From Gammaproteobacteria bacterium (GTDB lineage: Bacteria > Pseudomonadota > Gammaproteobacteria > Eutrophobiales > Eutrophobiaceae), in contig JBPCXW010000046.1 in assembly GCA_051008185.1 (NCBI GenBank), forward strand, positions 1-42,730: a stretch of 42,730 nucleotides of DNA, written 5' to 3'. The position numbers were made by a program, and so were the translations under genes. Within the stretch, counting starts at the first letter, position 1. Each line of letters starts with the position of its first letter. This document shows, piece after piece, positions 1 to 8,570 of this stretch. The notes under the pieces were generated by a model, which was not told the DNA's origin, searched no databases, and saw only the letters and a list, made by a program, of their open reading frames with translations.

Positions 1-154
1 CGCCCCGCACGGGGCGCGACGCCGGCAGGATCGCCGGCAGGCCTGCGAATATCTGTTTCAATCCACGCGCCCCGCGCGGGGCGCGACCCAACACAATGCA
101 CAGAGTTAGTCTTACCAGTAAGTTTCAATCCACGCGCCCCGCACGGGGCGCGAC
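1..154 (-). CRISPR. CRISPR array (type I-C repeat family), truncated by the left window edge
   Basis: The 33-nt repeat GTTTCAATCCACGCGCCCCGCACGGGGCGCGAC occurs at 55-87 and 122-154, with a partial copy at 1-20. Unique 34-nt spacers lie at 21-54 and 88-121. The reverse complement ends in ATTGAAAC, typical of I-C repeats, so the array is transcribed on the minus strand like the cas genes. The leader-proximal repeat is 122-154. Confidence 0.95.
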
Positions 155-326
155 ACTTCCATTGTACTATTTTGATTCACAAGCACAAATGGAACTATGC
201 CCGCTAACCTCTAGCCAGCGGGTCAAAGTCATTCTAAATTGTTAAAGATCTAAATTCAGCCTCAACTATTCAATATCTTATACATCGCTAACCCTACCTG
301 AATTTATGAGAACCGACAGTTAGCGA
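155..326 (-). promoter_or_regulatory. CRISPR leader (AT-rich, between the cas2 stop and the first repeat)
   Basis: A non-coding AT-rich stretch sits directly between cas2 and the first full repeat. Its position upstream of the array on the minus strand fits a leader. Confidence 0.7.
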
Positions 327-620
327 TTACAGAATCAGGGGGTCTCTCACTGCATCAACTACAGGTTTTGCACCATGATGCTCAACCCTCTGCCTACCCT
401 TCTTACCCAGAAAATAGAATCTCAGACTATCTTCCTCCGGATCATATATTTCCGTCAGTTCGTTTTTCAACATTGCGAATTGGCCCGGGTCCACTTCACA
501 TTCAAACACTGAATTTTGTACCCGCATACCGTAATCTTGGCAGGCCTTTGCAATTCGACGCAACCGTCTTCGTCCCTCCGCGGTAACAACACTAACATCA
601 TAGGTGACTAATACCAGCAT
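327..620 (-). CDS. cas2: CRISPR-associated endoribonuclease Cas2
   Basis: 97 aa. It starts MLVLVTYDV with an SVFEC motif, both typical of Cas2. It lies immediately downstream of cas1 and next to the array. Confidence 0.93.
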   Translation of the reverse strand: MLVLVTYDVSVVTAEGRRRLRRIAKACQDYGMRVQNSVFECEVDPGQFAMLKNELTEIYDPEEDSLRFYFLGKKGRQRVEHHGAKPVVDAVRDPLIL

Positions 621-622
621 TG

Positions 623-1639
623 CTATTTTGTCGTGTAGGGCGGATAAAATTCAGTGTCACCACGGAGATGCCTTGCCAGCAACATTGCCTGTGCGTGCGG
701 CAGCAAACCAATCGGCACGGATTCTTGTAAATAGGGGTGCATGATTTCCACCTGTTTACGATCCTGCCAAGATGTCAGGAATTCCTTGCGGGCGGTTTCT
801 GTTAATTTAACTGCGCCACTGGCTTCGTTTATAAAATCATTTAATTTGAATTGTTGACGGTTGATAAGTGTCAACACAAAACGATCCGCCCATGCTGCCC
901 GAAATTCTTCCAGCAAATCCAGTGCAAGACTTAGCCTGCCCGGTCTGTCCTGATGCAGGAACCCCACATAAGGATCTAACCCTACGCCTTGCAAGGCCGA
1001 CGCACATTCGTTGGTAATCAATGAATAGGCAAATGACAGCAAGGCATTAACCGGATCTGTGGGCGGCCTGCGTACCCGGCCACCGAACGCAAACCCGTGC
1101 CCGCGTAGTAATTTATCGAACACGCTAAAATAAGCACCGGCCGCATCGCCTTCCATGCCTCGCGCCTCCTCCAATGAGTCAGCCTGCCGCATCCGTCTAA
1201 GGCTGGTCGCCAACTTTTCTACCGCAGACTGTATTGCAACATTCTCGCCATGATTGCGTATCTCCCGCATTAGCACGGAGCGGCTGTTAGCAATCTTCGC
1301 CGCCAACATAAGGCGCGCTATGGACAGGGATTTTTCAGAATCGTCCGCCCAGCGGTACTGGGTTCTGCGCAGTAATACATTGCCAGTCTGTTTCCCCTGC
1401 ACATTCGCCAGGAACTTGCCATACTCAGTGTAAAACGCCAGCCCGATACCCTGCTCGCCACAGTAACCCATCAGGAACGGGGATACGGAAACCTGACCAA
1501 AACACAGGATATTGTTGATAGTCAAAGCGGGGAACTGGCCCACTTTTTCATCTCCGTTTTTAATCACTATGGTTTCTCTTTCCTTGTGGAGATAGGATTC
1601 CTGACGGGTGATATACAGTGTATTAATGAGTTTCTTCAT
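623..1639 (-). CDS. cas1: CRISPR-associated integrase Cas1 (I-C type)
   Basis: 338 aa. The N-terminus reads LYITRQESYLHKERETIVIK. It sits between cas4 and cas2, and its start overlaps the cas4 stop by 4 nt (ATGA). Confidence 0.93.
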   Translation of the reverse strand: MKKLINTLYITRQESYLHKERETIVIKNGDEKVGQFPALTINNILCFGQVSVSPFLMGYCGEQGIGLAFYTEYGKFLANVQGKQTGNVLLRRTQYRWADDSEKSLSIARLMLAAKIANSRSVLMREIRNHGENVAIQSAVEKLATSLRRMRQADSLEEARGMEGDAAGAYFSVFDKLLRGHGFAFGGRVRRPPTDPVNALLSFAYSLITNECASALQGVGLDPYVGFLHQDRPGRLSLALDLLEEFRAAWADRFVLTLINRQQFKLNDFINEASGAVKLTETARKEFLTSWQDRKQVEIMHPYLQESVPIGLLPHAQAMLLARHLRGDTEFYPPYTTK

Positions 1640-2262
1640 GCGCTGTACAACTGATCAATATAGGTTTTAGATGCATCTTTGCGAAACAGATCAGGTTCGC
1701 ACAAATCAACCAGTGAGCAGGCACGGCAACGCTTTTTATCTTTTATCGGCAGTGGCGTTTTAGCGGATGCCTTCAGTTCATGGGCTGCAACAATCACTCT
1801 CCGGGTTTCATCGCGCAGACGATCATCAAAAACAATATTTTCCCGCCGTCGCGCTTCCCAATACCATATCGCCCCTTCATTCACGGATACAGAGCGCATT
1901 TCCTCAAGACACAATGCCTGGGCGCAAAGCTGTACGCGATCCCAGTCCTGAACCTTGGGCTTACCGCGTTTGTATTCCACTGGGAAAAGTTTGAGGTCAT
2001 CTCCCTCCACAATTTCAAGCAAATCCATTTTGCCCTTGAGCCGATAATGTTGTGATTCAAGCAAGACACCACGCTCATACCTGACTTCACCCCGTTGCTC
2101 CGCGATACCGGAATCGACTCTTTCGTGCAGGATATTACCTTCCGCAGTGAAGCGATTGTCTGCCCATACCTGCTCAATGTGAACCAGTGCGAATTGCCTC
2201 GGACAAACTGCATAATGCCGCAAGGCAGATAACATCAGGTATTCGGTGTTATCGTTATTCAT
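1636..2262 (-). CDS. cas4: CRISPR-associated RecB-like exonuclease Cas4
   Basis: 208 aa. It has one N-terminal Cys (VCPRQF) and a C-terminal CRACSLVDLC cluster, the 4-Cys Fe-S pattern. An EYK nuclease motif (PVEYKRGK) is present. Confidence 0.9.
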   Translation of the reverse strand: MNNDNTEYLMLSALRHYAVCPRQFALVHIEQVWADNRFTAEGNILHERVDSGIAEQRGEVRYERGVLLESQHYRLKGKMDLLEIVEGDDLKLFPVEYKRGKPKVQDWDRVQLCAQALCLEEMRSVSVNEGAIWYWEARRRENIVFDDRLRDETRRVIVAAHELKASAKTPLPIKDKKRCRACSLVDLCEPDLFRKDASKTYIDQLYSA

Positions 2263-2417
2263 AGAATCAGGGCAAAGGCGGACGGATGTTTATTACAAAT
2301 CATCTAAAATCTGAATTATGCCAAGATGTTGACGAGTTGCCTGCTCCTTCAAGCGAAAGCGCAGGTCTTCGCAAAGATTCTTGATGACTTAAAAGGTTGT
2401 ATGAGTCTCCTCAATGT

Positions 2418-3257
2418 TTAGAAGCCATCAATTTCTTCAGGGACCAAATCAGGCAAATTATTTAGCTCATAACCACCATCGGGATTTACCTTAAGTGTTC
2501 CATGTACTTTTGCAGACGAATATTGTCCCGATGGACAATTATGCTTCCACCAGATTACCTTTTCTATAATCATGCTTCCCTCTGGTCTCGCGGATGAAGC
2601 ATCACCTTCAAACAGTCGAGGCAATACACTTTTGATTTTTTCGGCATCATCATCGCTAAAGCCTGTCCTCTCGGCCAGTTGTGGTGTCATGGCACCAAAT
2701 GTTACATAAACGGCCTGATCAACACGGTGCTTCATACCCATTGTATCTGAGCTTTTTTTGCTCCCGTCGCCTTCGCCACTAACGCTCTTTGTGATTTGTG
2801 TACTACTGACACTTATCGGATTAACACTAAAAGCGGATTGAATAGTTACAGGACCGCGAATGGGTATAGATATGCCGTCTTTTGACTCACTTTTGAATGC
2901 AAATAACTGTCCAAATGAACGAACATCGATCCATTTTTCATTAGCAAGGCGCGCAGTTTCTTCTGGCGTCGTTTTCTTTACATTAAACGCATCTTTACCC
3001 AAACCGAATTCTTCCGATTCTGCACGTTCTTTAAGGCTTGGCATGCCATCTGTCTTTTTTTCGTCAGACTGCACGAAAATAGATTCTTCATTGCTCTGCA
3101 ACCGATCCCGAATTTTACGCTTGAGACAGACATCTGATACTTCACCATAACCTCCGTAGTCGGTTCTTGGTCTATTGCCATTAAGTGGGTCGCCATTAGG
3201 GTTCGCATTCTTCACGCTAAAAATAAGCGCAAAATCAATCTTATTTGTCAAACTCAT
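2418..3257 (-). CDS. cas7: Cascade backbone subunit Cas7c (Csd2)
   Basis: The sequence MSLTNKIDFALIFSVKNANPNGDPLNGNRPR is the classic Csd2 N-terminus. I chose the start at 3257 because AGGAG lies 6 nt upstream. The track ORF extends to 3359 inside cas8c, and 3263 is an alternative start. Confidence 0.9.
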   Translation of the reverse strand: MSLTNKIDFALIFSVKNANPNGDPLNGNRPRTDYGGYGEVSDVCLKRKIRDRLQSNEESIFVQSDEKKTDGMPSLKERAESEEFGLGKDAFNVKKTTPEETARLANEKWIDVRSFGQLFAFKSESKDGISIPIRGPVTIQSAFSVNPISVSSTQITKSVSGEGDGSKKSSDTMGMKHRVDQAVYVTFGAMTPQLAERTGFSDDDAEKIKSVLPRLFEGDASSARPEGSMIIEKVIWWKHNCPSGQYSSAKVHGTLKVNPDGGYELNNLPDLVPEEIDGF

Positions 3258-3669
3258 TTTCATCTCCTGTTTCAGTTGAATCTGTTTGGTGCTTCTCTTT
3301 TTTATTTGAAGAACGTAGCTCAAGCCTCTGACAATGAAAAGCCAATAAAAATTCCCCACTCAAAGGCTTATCGCGGGTAAAATCACCTTCACTAAACATA
3401 CGCATCACTTCGTCAAGAAGTGATGTCATGTTATGCAAAAAGCCACCATATCTATTATTTTTAAGCCGTTGCATATAGGGCTGTAATGCCAACTCAATAT
3501 TACGCCATGTCGAATATGGGCGGTCAGCAAACCTCTGCATAAGACGGGCTGCGGTTGTGCTGCGTTTCTCATCTGCTATGTACAACGCCCTATCCTCAAT
3601 ACGTTCAGCGATTGCCAGCAATCTACCGTAAAGATAATCACGGGAGTTATTTTCTCGTTCGATCGTCAT
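3241..3669 (-). CDS. cas11c: Putative Cas11c small subunit, translated from an internal start within cas8c
   Basis: An in-frame ATG at 3669 (MTIERENNSRDYLYGRLL...) is preceded by AAGGAG with a 6-nt spacer. It yields a 142-aa helical C-terminal product. Internal translation of Cas11 from cas8c is established for type I-C. Confidence 0.6.
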   Translation of the reverse strand: MTIERENNSRDYLYGRLLAIAERIEDRALYIADEKRSTTAARLMQRFADRPYSTWRNIELALQPYMQRLKNNRYGGFLHNMTSLLDEVMRMFSEGDFTRDKPLSGEFLLAFHCQRLELRSSNKKEKHQTDSTETGDENEFDK

Positions 3670-5241
3670 CTTATACTCCTTACTTGAATGTCTTTTGCAA
3701 TATCCCCTGTACAATGCACAGGCGATGCCTAAATTCCTTTCCCACTGCTCATCCTTTTTGTACGAACCGCGATTGCTTGCCCTGTGAACGGACAACCGTA
3801 CCATATCAGCAGGAAAAGGCCTGCCTCCAACAATACACGGCAAAATGCGTTCGACAGTATTCTTTTTTAGCTTTGGAACACGCTCGGCAGTATTCTTTTG
3901 GGGTGCGTCGCCGATTGTAGCTCCATAAATAGAATCAAATATCGAATGAACAGACGGGGCGCGAACCACCCATTGCACTTGCTCATCTCGAAAAACGCGC
4001 TGAAACCAAGAGAAATCATCATGCCATGTAGAAATTTGATTAATGTACTCTTCTGGAACGAATTCTTGGTAATAAGTAATAGCCATGCGGCCTGATGTAG
4101 CCGAGTCCAGCCCCATGATGGTGATATGGTCAGTGTCTTTCAAATTCGCCCTGTAGCCCAGCATATATTTCTGAAGGCCAAGCGAAAACCTTTGCCCCAT
4201 ATCACTTCCATGATCCAACGCCTCACCTTGATCAGATTGCTCTGGTGTCTCCTCAAAATCAAGAGGAATCTCTGCCAGAGGTTGCGGTATTTCTTTGCAC
4301 GATACGGTCCATGCAACAATCACCTGATCCCCATTACGGAAACCTTGCCTTGATATCAGCCACCGTAGTGCGTTATGCGCTTTCTGAGTAACCTCATAAG
4401 AAACACCAACAGATTGGGCTCCCTTTACTTTAATGCTTTTCTTGTTATCAGTAAATCTTCCTCTAAAGGTATATCCGGTGTCATCATTTGAGGATACAAT
4501 TTTTGCCTTATCACCCGTATGCCTAAGCTTAGCAGGGTGATTGACAGCCAATGCAGTTTTCTTACCAGTGATATAGCACAACCCTTCAACACGATTATCA
4601 TGTTTTGACAGATCAAAATCTATCCAATGCCGTTGAATCTCGGGATCCTTCCAGCTTTCACTGACTGGCTCGCCAGCAATTTCTATGTTCCAGCATACGA
4701 GAGCACTCCCCTGTTCTAATGCCCCTCCTGGCTTTGGCAACACCTTGAATATCAACGGCGTATTTTCTTTCTTACCGTTCCATTGGCGGAGTAATTTACC
4801 ATTATCATCTGTATGCAAAACTTTGGCGCTTATCAAGTCTTGCACAACAGTGCCTCTTTCCACATATTTCTTTACGGCTTTAACCTTTTCAGGAACATTT
4901 TCTGATTCGCACCAACTGCTCAATTGCTTATAATAGTTATCATAATATGCTTCCTTTGAACTTCCATACTTGGCATAGTCTTTCGCAACATACTGAATTT
5001 TATCTGCAAGTGGGTGAGGTGGTATTTTACCGGTTCTTCCAGCAGACTCCTCAGTTGCGGGCAAAACTATCCGTGTTTTTTCCAAAACATCGGCATGCTT
5101 AAAATCACCATCGCCATTGATTGTGATTTTTATGTGGGCATTCTGTGGCGTGTGACAGATAGGCATTAATTTATCTTCCCCAGGTAGATCAAGGGACATT
5201 CCCGACTCATAAGTGTCATACAGTCTTTTCATCCAGCTCAC
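3241..5241 (-). CDS. cas8c: Cascade large subunit Cas8c (Csd1)
   Basis: 666 aa. It sits between cas5c and cas7c in the canonical I-C order, and its start overlaps the cas5c stop (ATGA). Confidence 0.85.
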   Translation of the reverse strand: MSWMKRLYDTYESGMSLDLPGEDKLMPICHTPQNAHIKITINGDGDFKHADVLEKTRIVLPATEESAGRTGKIPPHPLADKIQYVAKDYAKYGSSKEAYYDNYYKQLSSWCESENVPEKVKAVKKYVERGTVVQDLISAKVLHTDDNGKLLRQWNGKKENTPLIFKVLPKPGGALEQGSALVCWNIEIAGEPVSESWKDPEIQRHWIDFDLSKHDNRVEGLCYITGKKTALAVNHPAKLRHTGDKAKIVSSNDDTGYTFRGRFTDNKKSIKVKGAQSVGVSYEVTQKAHNALRWLISRQGFRNGDQVIVAWTVSCKEIPQPLAEIPLDFEETPEQSDQGEALDHGSDMGQRFSLGLQKYMLGYRANLKDTDHITIMGLDSATSGRMAITYYQEFVPEEYINQISTWHDDFSWFQRVFRDEQVQWVVRAPSVHSIFDSIYGATIGDAPQKNTAERVPKLKKNTVERILPCIVGGRPFPADMVRLSVHRASNRGSYKKDEQWERNLGIACALYRGYCKRHSSKEYKMTIERENNSRDYLYGRLLAIAERIEDRALYIADEKRSTTAARLMQRFADRPYSTWRNIELALQPYMQRLKNNRYGGFLHNMTSLLDEVMRMFSEGDFTRDKPLSGEFLLAFHCQRLELRSSNKKEKHQTDSTETGDENEFDK

Positions 5242-5963
5242 GACAAATTCTCTTCGTTGCTTACTTGCTGCAGGTTATTTCCAATCCCAAACTGCTTTGG
5301 GTGCATCTCGCGAATGTCGCGAGCAATTTTGCATTGCTCCGGTCGGGGAAACTCTACAATTCCCCTTTTCATCGTCGCATGCCATAAACGACTGCGTAAC
5401 ATGTTTACACCAGTCTCATCTGGGTAATCAAAGCTATGGAACATCAATCCAAATCCCAACTCATCTATCTCATCATACTTTCCAGACTCCTCCCCAAATT
5501 CACAAGGCTCAACATAAGCTTGGCAATCTCTCGTGCCGAGAAAAATATCTTGTCTTCCACCCTTGTCGATTGAGCGTTTAGCGATTGCGTAGTGCTTTCC
5601 GTCAATGTAGTCAGATGCCAACTCAGAGCGGTATTTATTCTGCTCAAAGTGGGCTTGGACCTGATACTCAACATCGCGCAAAAAGGTGTAAATCGCCAGA
5701 CTGTTCTTCTTCTTACCACCCCCAAACACTAACGGCTTTGTCCCCTTGGTTTGTGTCCTCATTGGATTCATAACCCTGACTTTGTCAACAACCCAGATAA
5801 ATGTTGGCTTCCAATAGATTGACTTCAATATGCCTTTGACCGCCTCATAAGTAGGCAGATGATAGGAACATTTCTCCCCGCCGATCTTGGTAACAGGATC
5901 GGTAAAGAGAGCGTACTTGCCGTACACTTTGAAGCTGACGCTGTTTTTAGGGGTTTCGTGCAT
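5238..5963 (-). CDS. cas5: Cas5c (Cas5d) pre-crRNA endoribonuclease / Cascade subunit
   Basis: 241 aa, placed directly after cas3 and before cas8c. The N-terminus VSFKVYGKYALFTDPVTK is typical of Cas5. No cas6 is present, as expected for I-C. Confidence 0.88.
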   Translation of the reverse strand: MHETPKNSVSFKVYGKYALFTDPVTKIGGEKCSYHLPTYEAVKGILKSIYWKPTFIWVVDKVRVMNPMRTQTKGTKPLVFGGGKKKNSLAIYTFLRDVEYQVQAHFEQNKYRSELASDYIDGKHYAIAKRSIDKGGRQDIFLGTRDCQAYVEPCEFGEESGKYDEIDELGFGLMFHSFDYPDETGVNMLRSRLWHATMKRGIVEFPRPEQCKIARDIREMHPKQFGIGNNLQQVSNEENLS

Positions 5964-5972
5964 GCCTGTTTA

Positions 5973-8381
5973 TTACTCCGCTAACAGAAAACTCATTTTC
6001 GAGCGTTTTTGCTCCGACAGCCCAAGTTCGTCACAATAATACTCCTCTTTCAGGAAAAAGATACCTTCCCCCTCCTGTGTTTCAAGCACTGCTTCACTTT
6101 CCTTTAGCCGCTCCCATGTTTTGGGAAACACATTAACACTATACCGCTGGGCCTTTTTCAGCAAGTCCCGATACCGCTTCGCGTCAAACTCCTTGGCAAC
6201 CTGACACAGCCCTACTCTGACCTCCGCCCCTTCGCTGCCATAAGGCACGATGACCGCTTTCGTTGGTGAATCGATGGCCTTGAATACCTTCCCGGCCGTC
6301 ATAAATGACTGTCTCAATAAGTGCGAGTTTTCCGCTCCGCCAGTATTGAGGCGATTGCCGCCCAACAAATTTAATAGGGTATCGTCCCTGCCCGTCTCCC
6401 TGCGAGGGATAAGATACGCCATCTCATTAGAACGGTCAAAAAAATAGTATTTGAAATACCGCTCAATCGCATCAGGTGCTAAAAAATCATCGAAAGGTTC
6501 GTCCAAAACACGCATAGCCTTATCTCTGCCAACCTTTATATCCGGCAAGAGATCTATAGACTCTTGATCTGGGTTTATCACAGTCACTTCCGCACTATTC
6601 ATTAAGCCGTTTCTGTTGCACCGCCCGGCCGCCTGAGCGACGGAATCAAGCCCTGCGAGAAAACGTATGACTGACGCAAAGTCGATGTCCACACCAGCCT
6701 CAATTAACTGCGTACTAATACACAGCACGGGCAGTTTCTCATCCAGCCGCTTGCGAATTTTATCCAAAATATCCTTGCGATGGGCCGGGCACAGGTTGGT
6801 GCTCAGATGAAACACATCGTTTCCATTGATGTATTCGCTTACCTTGCGATAAAGGTTTTGCGCCCATGCTTTGGTATTGACGATAACAAGGCAACTTCCC
6901 TTTGCTTTAAACTCGGCGATTGCCAGATTTGCAATCTCGTTCTCTCTCCAACCCGAAGCCTTGCATTTGTTTGCAATTGTGGTTCGTTGCAGTTTTTTGA
7001 ATAAATCAGAAGTATCCTCTGCCAGCTCATTTTGACTTGGAATGTAGATTTGCCCTTTATCAGGGCATTTAAGCCGATTCAATAGCGGCTGGGTAGCGGT
7101 GCAAAGCAGGGTGGTTGCTTTGCAATATTCCGTCAGAAAATTGATGGCATTGCAAAACAGATGTACGCAGTTAATCGGCAGCGTCTGAATCTCATCAAAT
7201 ATCAGCACGCTATTGGCAAGCTGATGCATTTTTCTTGCACCACGTGTGCCGCCTGAAAACAGCACATCCAAAAACTGCACCATCGTCGTCATAATGATTG
7301 GTGCATCCCAATTTTCGCTAGTCAGTTTGCTATGCCAGGTTTGGTTTTCTGGTTCCAAGTTGGAATGCTGCTCTAGAACCCATGGGAATGGGTCGCTTGG
7401 ATGCTCAATTAACTCCCTGATTGCTTTTGCGTTTTGCTCAATGATTGAAGTAAACGGGATTACATAAATAATCCTGTCTAGGCCATGCTTTTCTGCATGG
7501 TGCAAGGCGTAGCGAAGACTGGCATAAGTTTTCCCGCCGCCTGTCGGCACGGTGAGGGTATAGACTCCTTGTTTGTCATCGGCCCGCCTTTTGCAGTCAT
7601 CTGATATTTGCCTGCGTATGCTGTCTATTGGTTTATCCCTGTTCATATTGCGAATCGCCTCTTCAATCCTGTGAATTGCAATCTGCCATTCGGGAGTACA
7701 GTTCCGATGCCTTGTGTTTCCCTCATTCTCGGAATCGGCGCTATCGATCCGATCAGCATCCACAAGGCAACTGAATAGCATTCTGGCCCATAATCCTTGA
7801 TGGAACTGCCATATTGGTAGGGGTACTTCGCTCCCATTTAAACTCGCTAGTTTGTTAATTTCTTCGACAACTTTCCCGAGTAATTTTTTGTTAAGAAAAG
7901 TATCAATTTTCTCAAGATACTCTTTGGGAGCATTATCAACGCACTCTGTCTTGTGGGTTTTGTCATCAGGTTTGTTAATCCTGCCATCGAAGTTAAATTT
8001 ACCATCGGGCTTAAAACAATCTATAAGACCGCTATGATGAGATGCAATACAGAGAGATAGTATCTGGCCAACAAGCTGACCGGACTTCCCCTTATTTTTG
8101 CAATAATCCCAAATAATCTGAGCACCAGCGGTGGAGTGGTCAATCTTCCCCTTGCGCCCTCGAAAATCAACATACTCATCTTCATCTGGATTTATTTCAC
8201 CCACTGCCGATTGAATATAATTTTGAAATTCTTCGCTAAATTTACCAAAATCGTGTAGCAATCCAATCAATTGCCCCACATCGCCAACATTGATTTTTGC
8301 TGCAAAACACTTAGATTTATCGCCAACACCATTTAAATGATCTATCAGCGACTGATTGCTATGTGCGATATATTTATTCAT
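5973..8381 (-). CDS. cas3: Cas3 HD nuclease / SF2 helicase
   Basis: 802 aa. HD motifs are present (LIDHL, LLHDFGK, ASHHSG). Walker A reads TVPTGGGKT and the DExx box reads FDEIQT. It is the first gene of the cas operon. Confidence 0.95.
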   Translation of the reverse strand: MNKYIAHSNQSLIDHLNGVGDKSKCFAAKINVGDVGQLIGLLHDFGKFSEEFQNYIQSAVGEINPDEDEYVDFRGRKGKIDHSTAGAQIIWDYCKNKGKSGQLVGQILSLCIASHHSGLIDCFKPDGKFNFDGRINKPDDKTHKTECVDNAPKEYLEKIDTFLNKKLLGKVVEEINKLASLNGSEVPLPIWQFHQGLWARMLFSCLVDADRIDSADSENEGNTRHRNCTPEWQIAIHRIEEAIRNMNRDKPIDSIRRQISDDCKRRADDKQGVYTLTVPTGGGKTYASLRYALHHAEKHGLDRIIYVIPFTSIIEQNAKAIRELIEHPSDPFPWVLEQHSNLEPENQTWHSKLTSENWDAPIIMTTMVQFLDVLFSGGTRGARKMHQLANSVLIFDEIQTLPINCVHLFCNAINFLTEYCKATTLLCTATQPLLNRLKCPDKGQIYIPSQNELAEDTSDLFKKLQRTTIANKCKASGWRENEIANLAIAEFKAKGSCLVIVNTKAWAQNLYRKVSEYINGNDVFHLSTNLCPAHRKDILDKIRKRLDEKLPVLCISTQLIEAGVDIDFASVIRFLAGLDSVAQAAGRCNRNGLMNSAEVTVINPDQESIDLLPDIKVGRDKAMRVLDEPFDDFLAPDAIERYFKYYFFDRSNEMAYLIPRRETGRDDTLLNLLGGNRLNTGGAENSHLLRQSFMTAGKVFKAIDSPTKAVIVPYGSEGAEVRVGLCQVAKEFDAKRYRDLLKKAQRYSVNVFPKTWERLKESEAVLETQEGEGIFFLKEEYYCDELGLSEQKRSKMSFLLAE

Positions 8382-8552
8382 TTATTCCGAGGGAGGGCGC
8401 AATGCGGCGGCTATCATTAGCAAGAGACAAACCACCGCAGGAATTGATAACCAAGGGTCGGCGAGCCACGCAAGTAATACCAATACCAGTAGTGCTAAAC
8501 CAGCGATGAAGCCTCCAACTAGAGCAATTATAAGGCGTAACAAATCAATCAT
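8382..8552 (-). CDS. Unlisted small hydrophobic ORF (56 aa, two predicted TM helices)
   Basis: Hand translation gives MIDLLRLIIALVGGFIAGLALLVLVLLAWLADPWLSIPAVVCLLLMIAAALRPPSE. The TAA stop at 8382-8384 directly abuts the cas3 ATG at 8379-8381. The start lies 18 nt after the HIRAN gene stop. It is below the 60-aa cut-off of the ORF track and has only a weak SD. Confidence 0.45.
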   Translation of the reverse strand: MIDLLRLIIALVGGFIAGLALLVLVLLAWLADPWLSIPAVVCLLLMIAAALRPPSE

Positions 8553-8570
8553 TATGGGCCGTTTCCGTAA

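Noticed and set aside
21-121. Possible self-targeting by the two visible spacers.
   Set aside because: I noticed no match to either spacer elsewhere in the window, but the by-eye scan was not exhaustive. A BLASTN of the spacers against the genome and against phage and plasmid databases is needed.
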